The notes below the pieces were generated by a model. The model saw only the letters and a program-made list of their open reading frames with translations, was not told the origin of the DNA and ran no database searches. Shown piece by piece: positions 1 to 12,173 of a stretch of DNA of 64,000 bases. Location: contig CM041465.1 in NCBI GenBank assembly GCA_023213395.1, positions 245,527,741 to 245,591,740 of the forward strand. Reading direction: 5' to 3'. Source of the stretch: Cycas panzhihuaensis. Lineage: Eukaryota; Plantae; Cycadophyta. Both the position numbers and the translations under genes were made by a program. The number at the start of each line of letters is the position of its first letter. Within the stretch, counting starts at the first letter, position 1.

Positions 1-2047
1 GGGGGTGGGGGGGTGTGGGGGTGGACCTATTGGTGGAGGAGAGGGACCTATTGTGTTGGAAGTGTATGGAATATTAGAATTGGATGCTAATAGTAGGAGT
101 AACTTATCCAAATTTGGATTGAAAACATCTTGTTTCTAATCGAAAGCATCCTATTTCTTCTTGCATTCCTTGAATTGCTAATCAATGATCTGAGCCATTC
201 CAGTTAGATTCTAAGTCATTTCGGCAAACTGAATCTCCAGTGCTAGGGACAAAGCAAGAAGTAGGATATTCACGAAGAAAGAAAAGTAGGCAAATAGAAC
301 ATGACTAAAGAATTGGGGAGTGGTGTAGATGGGAAGGGGGAGGGTGGGGTGTCTATAGCGTGTCGACTCCCAAAAATTCACAATAAATTTATTTAGTGTA
401 CTATGATGAGTACGAAAAGCTCATGGAAATGACATGAGTTATGAGTGAAAAATTTGGGTTGTGGGGCCCACAGGGTGCCTATATGCCATTATACCTTGAA
501 AATGTCGGTTAAAACTACCGTAGTGAAAAATGATCAGTGCGACACACTGATCGAAATAATATGTATGAATGACTAGGGGTAATTTTAAGATGTGGACCTT
601 TTTTTTCGTTGAGTCTAATGGTGCAAGTTTAGGATTGTTGAACTCTGAGATTGAGGGTTTGGATTGGGATTTTGTTATTATTGTTATCATTGTTGGTTGT
701 CTTTATTGCAATTATGTGCCGTTAATTATGCTGGAGATAGAATTGTGCTTTGCTTTTGCTTGTAATATCTTTGGGCAAATCAGGACAGCATGAAGGCAAC
801 AGAATTTCTGCAAAACATTTGAGGCAGGTGTGCCCAGTATGTAGGTCCTTCGATAAACTTCTTAGTCGTTACTACCACTCGACCTAATATCTCAAGATGC
901 TTACTACGAAGGATTGCCCGTACTCAGAATTGTGATAACTGTTCTAAGGTGTTCATGATGGGTAATTTCGTGGTGCTAACAATGAATCACTGCATCACAA
1001 TTTTTTGGCAATTGACAGTATCCCTAATCTAGGTATAGAATGGAAGCCTATAGGGGTCCTCCTATATACTTGAAGGTATATGGAGGCTCTCTTCCATAGC
1101 GAGGTGCTATTTGAGGCCATTGTAAGCAATGTTATTAGCTTTGGTTCACGTATCTGTGTATACTTAGGTATGCTTGGCCTAGAATGATAGTTCCCTATGA
1201 TATTTACAGAGCTCCAACATAGGGTCTCTACCTAACCACTAAAGGGAAAATGGGTGGGAGGGGTTGTTGCTTGATTGCAGTATATTGTATAATGAGTATA
1301 ATAATAGAAAACAAAATGAAATGTGAGAGACAGTTATTAAGTTTTTCATCGTGGGAATTTTTTTTCCCCAAGGTTTTTAGCTTCTTTCTTGTAGTTGTGT
1401 CTTCTCGATTCCTCAAACTTGATCATAAACACAACTCTAATATCACTTGGGGTAAATCAATCCCAACAATCACCATAGAATTTGCAAGAAGTAGCTCAAA
1501 GGGTAGAATAAAGAAATATGGATGTAGCAACTTGGTTTATTAGTAGGAGGAAATTGAATACATAATCTAGCACCAAAGAGAATTAAATGTAGTACTGTAG
1601 TATGCCAATACACAATAATCTCAAATACTCAATAACCATACTCTACTTTTAGGAGGCCTTATATAGACAAGCACAATCTATCTTACAATAATGCTATTGG
1701 TAAGAGTAAACAACCTGCACACATGTTAAGGGCTAGTGCTAATTGTTAGGTCATGTGATTACATGTTTTAGCCATTACGCCTTATGATTAGGATATAGGA
1801 AGGTGGTCTACCATTATCAAGATTGCATCCTTACCTTCCAAGCTGGGAAGCCTTGTAATGAAATCCATTGAAATTTCTCCTCATTTTATTTTGGTATTGG
1901 TAATGGCTATAATAATCCATAATACTTTACTTTTTCTGCCTTGTGCCTTTGATATATTTTGTGTCCTGTTATGAACTCGATGAGTTCTTCCTTTTTTTCT
2001 TTCTAATAAAATGATTGTTGGATATGACGATAGGTCCATCAACCTAG

Positions 2048-2066
2048 TGGACTCACTGTGGGGGAC
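2048..2066 (+). promoter_or_regulatory. Possible degenerate Ogre/Tat-type primer binding site
   Basis: tggactcactgtgggggac resembles the Ogre-type PBS tggcgactccactggggac and lies ~600 bp upstream of gag. Several mismatches. Confidence 0.3.
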
Positions 2067-2654
2067 TAGTGGTACTCATCCATCATTGAGCTTGGATGTT
2101 GGCGTTAGATGTATTTTTTTTTCTTTATGGCATAGAATAATATTTTCCCACCCAAAAGTTTTGTCTTGGCCTGTGAGGTTGGTCTACAACTTACTAATGA
2201 TTATTAATGTGTCTTTATCTAATGTGTATTCCTCATAGACCTCTTATATTCAGGATGGCATTATTATGGACATCGCATATTAGGAGGGGTCATTTGCCCT
2301 AGGGAACCCATCCACAATTACATTTTCTTTTCCCTCTTTGAAGATAATCTCAAAATCAAAACCTTGTAATGTACTCACTTCTACTGCGTATTAGATAAGG
2401 TAGGGTTCTTAAGAAAATATTTAAGTCTATCATGGCCTATCTTCACTTAAAACTTGTTGCCTGACAAGTACTACCTTTGTTTGGTGATAACATGGATAAT
2501 TGCAAGCATTTCTTTGTCTTAAATGTGTTTGGATCTCTCCTTCCCTTTGAATTTCTTGGCCTTGAACCTGGGCCCTCCATTTCCTTTTCACTTCCCCCTT
2601 CAACCACTTTGCATACCTCTATTCCCCAACTGAGTGTTGCTTGGATGACTCCTT

Positions 2655-4250
2655 TTGTCCCTTCTTGTCCCTCCTTTTCCACCTTGTTCTCATTATGCTG
2701 GACCTAGTGGAATCCCATGGCCTCCTCCTCACCCTTATCGTGTTGACCCATCTACTTATATCCCTCTTGGGTACACTGCACAACAGTGGGGCCAATATGG
2801 ACGTCGTTTCTTGCTAGCTTATAGGGTTGATCCCGTTCACCCTTATGGGGTTGCCCCTCCAATTGGAGGCCCCTTTGGGCAAAACTTGTTGCTTCATCTA
2901 TCTTCTTACTCTATGCCTTCGTATTCATCTACCACACCCCAACCAACCCCTTCTTATCAAGTTTCGCCTGCTCAAGCTTACCAAGCCCCCTATGTCCCTT
3001 CGTCTACCTCACCTTATGCCACTGGTCCTTAAGGAAGCAGGGCTTAGGCTGGCCCATTATACCAACGTCCTCCATATGGTGCTTCGAGTTATTTTTGCCC
3101 ACCACCACATGGCTACTGCCCCTATCCTCAGGTGACATAGTTGTATGCAGCTAGGGGCATTCCCCAACCCACTCCATAATATCCCATTTGTTATCAACGG
3201 TATTCCCCTTACCCTACTTCTTAATCTCGGTCTATTCACAAGCCCCAACCTGCTTATTTGCCTCCTGATCCTTTAGTCCAACTCGGGGCACGTCCTTTGT
3301 TGGCTGCAAGACCAATTGCCTCCCCCTTAAGCCCTAAGGACTAATCTGCCTACTCATCCTCTCAATGTGCTTGAATTTGAAGGTACTTCATCGTAAGATT
3401 TTGCCAGTCACGTCAGAGCATTTGCCATGGCATGCATTGATTATTGGGCTTGTGATCACATTCTCATGAAGTTGTTCCCTAGATCTCGTTAGGGAGATGC
3501 CCTAAAATGGTTCTATTGCCTCCTAGCCCATTCCATCGTTTGTTTCTAGCAGTTCGTTGACACTTTTGTCAACTACTTTGATGTTGCTCGCCCTTTCGAG
3601 AGTGGGGCCAAGGCCCACCTCTCCTTAAAACAGGGCCAAGATGAGCTTAATCAAAATTTCATCTGTAAATTCTATGATATTCTTCATTCTTCTAAGGCCA
3701 TGCTGCTTGGAGATCTAAAATGAGATATCTTCATTAATGTCCTCCATCTAGAAGTCCACGTCAAAGTGCTCAAAATGGGTGCAATGACGTGTGACTTAGC
3801 TATTACTAAATGCTTAGCCCTTGAGTCCATTGATATCCAAGCTAGTCTCTAAAAGGTCAACAGACCGCCCTTGCGTTGTGAGGGACTTCTTCCCTTGCAA
3901 GATGGAAGGTCATAGCCACTTGCTCCTAGGCTTTCTGTTGATAATGTTGACAGAACCATGGACTCCCTTACCTTTGTTGTTTGCTCATTTGAATGAGTCA
4001 CTAAGGATCTTTAACTTTAGTCAGCCCATTTCCCACCCAAGCAACGTGTTCCCCTCTCATGGGTACATACCTATTCATCATATTGCCTAAATGCCAACTC
4101 AGCCCAAAAGGGTTAATTCAACCCTTCCCTAAGACAAGATATCCCAACCCCCATCTCAAAGGTGATGGTGCATTGTTCATGGCCATTGTGCCCATGACGA
4201 TGCACATTGTTGGACTCAACACTCTAAGCAAGAACCTCCTCAAGACCCCC
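2655..4250 (+). pseudogene. gag: Gypsy (Tat/Ogre-like) gag remnant
   Basis: Pro/Tyr/Gln-rich N-terminal part (ORF 2655-3032), then manual translation ..HVRAFAMACIDYWACDHILMKLFPRS.GDALKWFY.. (~3405-3520) and WCIVHGHCAHDDAHC (~4165-4210). Many stops. Confidence 0.75.
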
Positions 4251-4548
4251 CTTCACAACCCATTTCTAAACCAAACTTTCACCAACCTATCCACCAAGAT
4301 TTATTTTTGAGCCACGATGCTCTAAACAACTTGCCCAACAACATAACCAACGAGGAAGGGGGCGTCTCCAACCTTAGAGGAGGCCTGCATCGTCTAATCC
4401 TGTGTTTGATTAGCCTAAAGACAAGGTCCATGATGAGCCAACAATATGTACCACTCCCACCACCCAAGACCCAGCCTAGGTTACCTAACGCTATAATGCC
4501 AAGGGCATAAAGGTTATTCAAATATTAGATACCACCTAGGTTTTCCTA

Positions 4549-5290
4549 ATGACCCATGCTCAAGCAGTTAAGGAACTTGGGGAAGGCTCCTCTTCCCAAC
4601 AATTATTTGCGGACCCTTCTCTTATTGAAATCCCTATCATCCCTAAGACAATTCTTGTTTGTCTCGACTATTACGATTTCAGGAGGGCCCTTCTCCAATC
4701 CATTGAGAAGGGGAAGTCTTTCTCCATTGTGGAGGAGCTTCACACTATCTCTGCAGGTATATTCATGATGGACATCTTGCGAAATTGCCCTGACCAACGA
4801 AATCTACTTTTGGAAGCCCTTGGGCATAAAGAGATTCTCATTCATGATGCCGACACCACCTCTTATGACCCACAAATCATCTCCTTTGACCCCAACAACT
4901 TGCCACTTGTGAAGGAGCGTGAGCGCTATTGGTATTATCTGTTCATCATCACTATTAAAACCCTTGACTTTGCGCTGAAGAGAATGGTTATTAATGACGA
5001 CTCTTCAATTAATGCCATGCCTATCTGAATGCTTGAGAAATTAGGCATTGGGACCCTTGAGCTCCTTCCATGGAAGTGCCAAGGATATGATGGAAATGAA
5101 AAGGCACCCCTTGGAACTGTCACCTTACGTTTATCTTTGGAGGAAAAAATCATCCTCATTGATATCATTGTCCTCGATATTGATGTCGATTACAACCTTC
5201 TCTTGGGATGACCCTGGTTGGACTGGATGGGGGTCATTTGTTCTTCGTTATGGGGTCAACTAAAATTCATCTGCGATGGATGAGTTCGCG
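4549..5290 (+). pseudogene. Retroviral-type aspartic protease remnant (Tat/Ogre-like)
   Basis: RMVINDDSSINAMP (degenerate ID.GSS), then QGYDGNEKAPLGTVTL and YNLLLG*PW. Confidence 0.75.
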
Positions 5291-8200
5291 TTGTCGTCTG
5301 TGAGCCTTCCCTTCTCGATCTTCTCACCCAATTAGCCAAGCCATCTTCGATGTCGAAGATGGTGATCCTGAAGAGCTAGATCCTTGTCTAGTAGCTTTCT
5401 TCTAGGGTCTTGAGCTCCAAAGTGAAGAAAACCCATCCTCTCGAGGGCCACATGTGGTCTGTTTCATCCCCATTGGCATAGGTAGGTACGATTACCTAGC
5501 CATCTTTAGTGATCCTGAGTTGGGCCTTGAACCTTCTCCATGAAAGGTGATTTTCATTTGATGTTCTCAAAGGGAATTATCTCATGAAGACATCCCACCT
5601 CCTTTCGGTCTCCAACTAGGAGCCCCTCACGTCCTTCAACCTCAATAGGATCCTAATGAAAACCTATAAGCTCAAGACCTGTTGCACCCCCCCCCTCCCC
5701 CCTCCCCCACAAGGAATCCCCCTTTTAGTGAGCCTGGATTGCTAGCCATTCAAACCAGCTTCTCCGTGATTGCCACCCTGATCGTCCTAAGAACATCTCT
5801 GAACCGCAAGACCCAGTTTGGCCTGCCCCTCCCCCTCCTATTCAAGCAACCTTTCATGGCTGTGTCCCTTGGCTCGTTGCCCATTTAGACATCATCCTTG
5901 GAACCCCTGACCATGCTCCTCCTGAGTCTAGGCCTTTATTCAGTTCTAGAAGACATTCGGCAATGCGTCCCCTGCAACTCGCCCACCGCCCCCCCCTCCC
6001 CCCCCCCAAAAAAAAAAAAAAAGAAAACCTTAAACCATTAACATGATTTGGCGTATGTGGCATTTTCCAAAGCCTGCCGTTATGAAGCTCAACCCCAACG
6101 AAGTCTCTCTTATCAATGATTTAGACGGTAAGTTTGAGTCCCTTTTTTACCTTGATGAAATTGATCATATGTGACCTTCCCCTTCCTATTTCTTCTCACT
6201 AGCCCATTGGCCTTCCTACTTTTGATCTTGAACTAGAACAAAACCTATTCGTTCCCCTTCTTGAACCATTCACCGACCCACTCAAGTGCCTTGTCCATGA
6301 CATCAATCCCCCGAGTTGGGATGATTCTCTCGAAGGATCCTCAAAAGTCATCAATTGGAGGCATAATGATGGCCTTAATCCCCCTTCCTTTCCCAGAGCA
6401 ATGTTGAATTTTTCGTGGGTATAGCCATCACCTTGAGGACAATGAAGCGACAATGTTGGACCCTTTTGAGGCATTGCCTCAACAACTAGCAGAGGTAGCC
6501 CAAAACTCTTTCCGCACTGTCGATCACTATGGAGGTTAAATAAGTGTGATCCCATCTTTGCCACTACTTTATGACATTGAGCTTTTCAAAGAGCCCCCTA
6601 ACGTGTTAAAACTCTTGAAAAATTGAACACCTAAGAAGTTCAATTGTGCCAATCCTAGCTGCCCTACGAGGGTACAATATGCCCATCTCCCAGGTCATGC
6701 ACTTGAGGGCATTCCACTCCGTAATGAGTCTAAACTAACAATGCTCTTCCATGAGCCTAAGCTAGAACCAACATCTCTTGGTATTTTGAACCGAAGTATA
6801 TGTTATGGTCTCCCCTTCGTTACACGCTTGGGGGCACCACGACCTTTACCAAATACCAACTAGTTTAGTTCCGAAACTAGCCAAACCTACCCTATGTGCT
6901 CCAAAATGAGCCTGCTACTTTTGTTTGGCACCACGCATTGGTCTCACTAGGGCATGTAATCATGCTAGGCTTATTATCTCACTCTATCCTTTGCCATTGG
7001 TAGAGCTTTGCCCTTGGTAGGCACCATGCTCCTCCACAAGCATAAACTGGGCATTACTCCGCCACAATTATAAATTGATATTTGTAAATATTATCCAAAA
7101 AAAAAAAACATAAAACCAACAAAACAACCAAAAACATGCTTTGCTTTCTTTTATCATCTGTATAAACTTCGTTTCTTGTTGTATCCCTTTTGGTTTGCTC
7201 TGAAATGAGTGTAAACTATGTTTTATCCTTCACCATTTCATGTCCATTGGGTGTGATTTTATCCTGTGCCCATCATGGCATCATTCTCTCCATTGGAGTA
7301 GGGCCCCGTCCTCCCAAAAGGGCAATTCTTGGGGGGGTGTCATACTCCTCCACAAATATAAACTGGTCCCCCTCGATTACGTCTACCGAGCTCCTTGATT
7401 GTGCTATTATGTGCTATGTGTGTGCCATGATGCCATCCACCATGCATAGTCAAGTAAGTGTATAAAAGCAATCAAAACTGAATTCGAAACAATCAAGATG
7501 TGACCAATATGCATTCATATCAACAAAAAAGGATGTATGTACATGTCGAGGGGGTTGGTGTCTTGGTAGGGGTGTACAATTGCCCAATGAGCTCTATAAG
7601 CCACTCTTCTTGACCCCTCTAGGGCCAACTTGCCTCTCCTAAAGTCCTTATAGTATATATCATTCTGTTGTTGTTGCCTGCCTCCCCCTCTCCCATGGTT
7701 CCTCCAAGTGGCATCTCGGAGCTCTTAGTTGGGGTGGGCCTGGGTCAACGTGATGGCCTTGCCTCGCTCCCCTTGTTGGGGGTCTGCCATTGTGGTGTCG
7801 TTGTATGGGCCTTGCTCTGGCTCCTGGACGTCCTCTTCGTTATCCTGTCTACAAGATGATCGTACCTCTACTCCAAACAATCATGTCTCACCTGTAACTG
7901 ACCCCTCTCTCGCCTCACCACCCCGAACTGGGCCTGTAGCACAACAAACTGTATCACTGCTCTGAGTAACTGCCTAAAGTAGGGGAACAGTTACTAATAT
8001 TACTCCTCCCCTCTCTCTACCCTCCAACTCCTTGATGCGAGTTTGTAGCTCGTTCCTCCTTGTCACCCACATCTTTGGGACCCTAACCATAGGGGCAAAG
8101 TGATCGTATAAGATCATGCGGTTGCCAGCTCACCACTGTCCACTATAGGAGGTTGCCCCTCTGTATATACCACATGGGGAAGAGTTCGTCGATAACCTGT

Positions 8201-8464
8201 TGTGCGAACTCTGGCATGAAATCTCTACCTACCATCAAAATGAACATGATGATCAATCATCATGACATAATATAAAATTTGAGTTGAGCTAAATAGAAAA
8301 TCAAAGCTATATCAAATGTTATGCTTAAAAGAAAAGAGGGTATGTAGAGAGGTATATCGTCACCACATCTCACAGCCTCGCCCTCGGCAACTATTATCTC
8401 CTCATCTCTACACTACCTCCTCCCATCCTCCTGGGGTCTCTCAGTAGTTTTGTCGTCGGGATAT

Positions 8465-8800
8465 CTAGAACAGAGTGGTGCAAACTATCTGTTTGTGAAC
8501 TTGTGGAATCCTCGAGCTTAACATTTGTTGCACACTTCCTCCTCGACGATACCTATGTCCTCGGCCATAGAAAACCTTGGCAATAGCACAATGGGCATCC
8601 TTCGTGTTCGAAAAGGTCGCTAACTTTGGCAGTGCTCCATTGCATTGAATCCTCGAGGTTCGATGAATCTCCCTCGCTATGATCATGGTATTACCCACCC
8701 CTAACAAGTAAAAAGTATGCTAGTGTTTGTCCCAATGGGACACTATATCAATCAATAGTGCCTAATTCGAGACAAACTATTATGATGTCATCACTTGCAG
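8465..8800 (-). pseudogene. Antisense plant-mobile-domain (PMD)-like ORF remnant
   Basis: Minus-strand translation HWDKH*HTFYLLGVGNTMIIAREIHR resembles the PMD motif W...THTFHLP.GEMTITLEDV. Confidence 0.4.
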
Positions 8801-10929
8801 GAGTCCATAATGTCTAAGGATATCTCAATTTTGGTCAGTCATCATCCTCGCCAACGTCAACATCTATGACCCTCTGTTCTTGAGATTATCAATCGCAGTG
8901 ATAGGTAGAAAAGTCACAAAACATGACTAAGCCATCTAGACAAGCCTAGTCACATCTTAGACGCCTCGATCAGAAGATAAATAGGCTCTTAGTGGGTCAA
9001 CCTCTATGAAAAATGCAAATTTTTTCCTAAATTGCTCTGTATTGCAGAGAGTCCTCGTCCCGCTAAGAAATAGAGGATCTTGTTGATATCTTCGTGGTAT
9101 CGTGAGGGTTTATAGAGTCGTGTTGTGAAAAATCATGTGGCTAAAAAAATGAGAGCAAAAATGAAAAAAAAAAAAAAAAGTTTTTGGATAAAAAATGATT
9201 TGATCAAAATGATCGAGGTACCAATCTGCACCAATTGGGCCCCAAACAGAGCTTGAATCGAGCTCCGTTTGACTGAAAAAACAAGATCTAGGGCACAATC
9301 CTACTAGAACCCCTATCAATAGTAAAATCCAAATTAAAAATCAAATGGTGAGTTTCACCTACTTGGTTTGGTCCTGGAGCATCCTTGACGTTTTTCGGAT
9401 CTAATGGGTCTATTTGTGTTTGAATCTAACGGTTAGTTTGTCCTATATCGCTCTTGGAATGTTAGAGGTTAAAAATGGGTTAGGCTTTCTTAACAAATTT
9501 TCGTACTCTCGAACATGAAAATCAAAAGTAAAAAACATACAAACTCCTTTTTTTATAATTGCCCTAACTTGGCTCTCAAGTGTCGATTTTGCCTCCCGTT
9601 TGTACCATTGTCATTGTTGCTGCCATTGGCTTCACTACTTGTTCCTATGTTGTGACCCAAGGTGCCTCCTTTGTCAATATTAATGCACATCGTTAATGAT
9701 CCCTTTTATGACTTGTAATTGCAGTGTTGTCACCCAAAGGCAATAGTTTCTTAGCATATCATTGTTTACAGTCCACTAGACTATTTTATAGCCTTGGATT
9801 CAAATTTCACAGCTTAATAGGCTCCTCCTTTGTCAAGTAATGCTTGGCCCTCGCCCTCTATGAACGTCTTTAGGTTCTTGTCTTTAGGCTTTGAGACGAC
9901 GTTATTTTCTTGCCTGACCACTTATGGCAATTGATCCTTATAATGTTATGTTCCCTCCTTAACCATGTCATCAACTTGCAAGTATTTTGTTGTTACCAAC
10001 ACCCCTTTGTTTTAAGCCATAAACCGTTCTCACTGCTTTCATAGGACCTTCTACATACGACCTTCTACACTGCAAGTAGCTCGTTATTGAGACCCTTATC
10101 CTGTGCCCTCAACCATGCTTTCATTCGATGTGCTCTTAGATAACAGTCCCGTTTGATTCTCGATGTAGTAAACGGCCCAAGCTTTCCACAGTTGCCTTGC
10201 TGAGGGCCCTGTTTCACTTATGCCCCATATGAGAGTGCTTAGAGATCACTTGTATGAATTGCCCATATTATTCTCGCGGTTTGACCGTCCTTACTAGTCT
10301 CTTAGATCCCGTTGTGTCTATGCTCTGTTAAAATAGATTGTCACGATTTAGTTTATTGGGCCCCCCATGTGTTGGTTCATCATCACAACTTTTTTCCTTG
10401 TTAAAAACTAAAATAATTTGTGTATATATACACCCAACCCCCCAACCCCCCCCAAAAAAATAATGTATATGTGTATATACCTCTTATCGCCTTTTTGGTA
10501 TTTGAGGTAGTTTGCGTGTTAGTTTTGTCCCCGTTTGGGTATAGATATGTGGGCTATTTAGGATCTTCAGGTTCGATTGTTTGGGTCCACTGTGGCCTCA
10601 GTCATGATTGAAACCTACTCGACATTTTGAGGATAAAAATAAACATGGAAACTTGTCGTGACACTGATGTAGAGCCACTCATGGGTTCCACGTTTAACCT
10701 ATCATTTTAGTCAGAGCATACACACGAGTCTGAGTACTAGCGACAATTATTGATTCTTGCCTTGTTCTCCTTCTTGATTGAGTAATTTTTGAGTTATTGC
10801 ATTTCTCTCATGGCACTGATTATTCATATCGACGAGAGTAGCTATGGGAATCCCGACATTTCTTTTGTAGCTTGGACCCTTCGAGATCACTTAGGACACA
10901 CCCTCATTCGCTCCAGAGTCTATTTGCTT

Positions 10930-11150
10930 GTAATGACCAACAACACAACATGATACACTGCCGTCATAGAGGCCTTAATGGATGCATTGTGTTATGATTC
11001 CTTGCTTGTTGTTTCCCAACTTACATAGGTTTATCAAGTTTGTGGCCCCTGTTGTGTGCCTTCACCAACCAAGCTAGGTTGCTTTTAGCCCAATTCTCTG
11101 CCGCAACGATCCACCACGCCCCACAGGGACACAACACTGAGATTGATCAA
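10930..11150 (+). pseudogene. Archaeal-type RNase H (aRH) remnant
   Basis: TNNTT*YTAVIEAL..DSLLVVSQL..YQV..HHAPQGHNTEID matches aRH motifs TNNxAEY / DSxLVVxQ / HVPRxxNxxAD. Confidence 0.6.
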
Positions 11151-12173
11151 TTCATTCTTGAGTGTTGTTTGCCATAGGCGAGCGATTCTCCTTTAGCCTA
11201 TTGGGCTTTTTGTTAAGACTTGGTTTATAAGATGACTTGCCTATTGAAACCTCCAAGGGTCATTCACTAACGAGATTAAACTATGGTGACAACCCTGGGC
11301 GTCTCTACCCAATGGTGAAGATGGGACAACATGCCAACTTCCTTCTTGCTCTGGTAAGAGCATAGACTGCTACTTTTTCTTCAAAATGAGTGTAAATTAT
11401 TTTGTATATTTGTACATATTTTGGCCTAATTGTGGCTTGCCAAAAAGGAGTACCGCTCCTGTGGCATCTACAACCTTGTCCGTTTCCTTCTTGTCATTTC
11501 TTTTCTAGTTTGTTTGTTTCTTTTCAGAGAATACCCAAAAATGCAAAACTAATTATAAAACAACCAAAAGTCTCAAAAACATTACAAAGCAACAAAAAAA
11601 CCATAAAAATTATAAAACCCAAAAAAATAGAAAAACTTGAGTCTAAGATGGGCCCAAATAATTCTCCCTCCAAAAGATGATTGCTAACAAGGCTAAACTA
11701 TGATGATCACCCATGACTTTTGAGTCTTTCCCTTTGACATTCAGGGCACCACCTTGTTTATCCAAGTTCTTTGGTTTTTGAGCCCAAACCTTTGGTTATC
11801 ACGCTCATCCTTTCTGGTTGCTAAGGCAATTCCTCAGTCACCTAACCCTGCTCTGAGAAAAAGCCACTATTGAGGACAAACTAGGGTGGGCCCATTGGTG
11901 TTCGTCCAGGTTCGTTATAGACACTGGCTCACCTTGGTTTAATTTGGTCACCGGCCAATCCTCTACTCTAGTTAGCACACCTTTGAAGTTCTTGTCGATG
12001 AGGATAAACTAAGGGCAACATTCTTCGACCACTTGCTAAGTTGGCTAAACTATGGTAGATCACTTTTTCCCTTCACACATTTGAGCTTATTGTTGGACTA
12101 ATTGAAACTTTGTTGACAACATTCACCATTTTTCGACCACATGTTGGAGAGGTTTTGTTGCCAAGGGGGCAAG

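Noticed and set aside
361-1232. Possible solo LTR (tgtcgactccc...gggtctctac)
   Set aside because: No second copy, no CA end, and flanks match only 3 of 5 bases.
1-1830. Possible 5' end of a minus-strand element (degenerate PBS-like actctaatatca at ~1434)
   Set aside because: Too degenerate. No protein motif could be confirmed.
11270-12065. Scattered aaactatggtg-like motifs in the Tat 3' UTR
   Set aside because: Irregular spacing, so no tandem unit could be defined.
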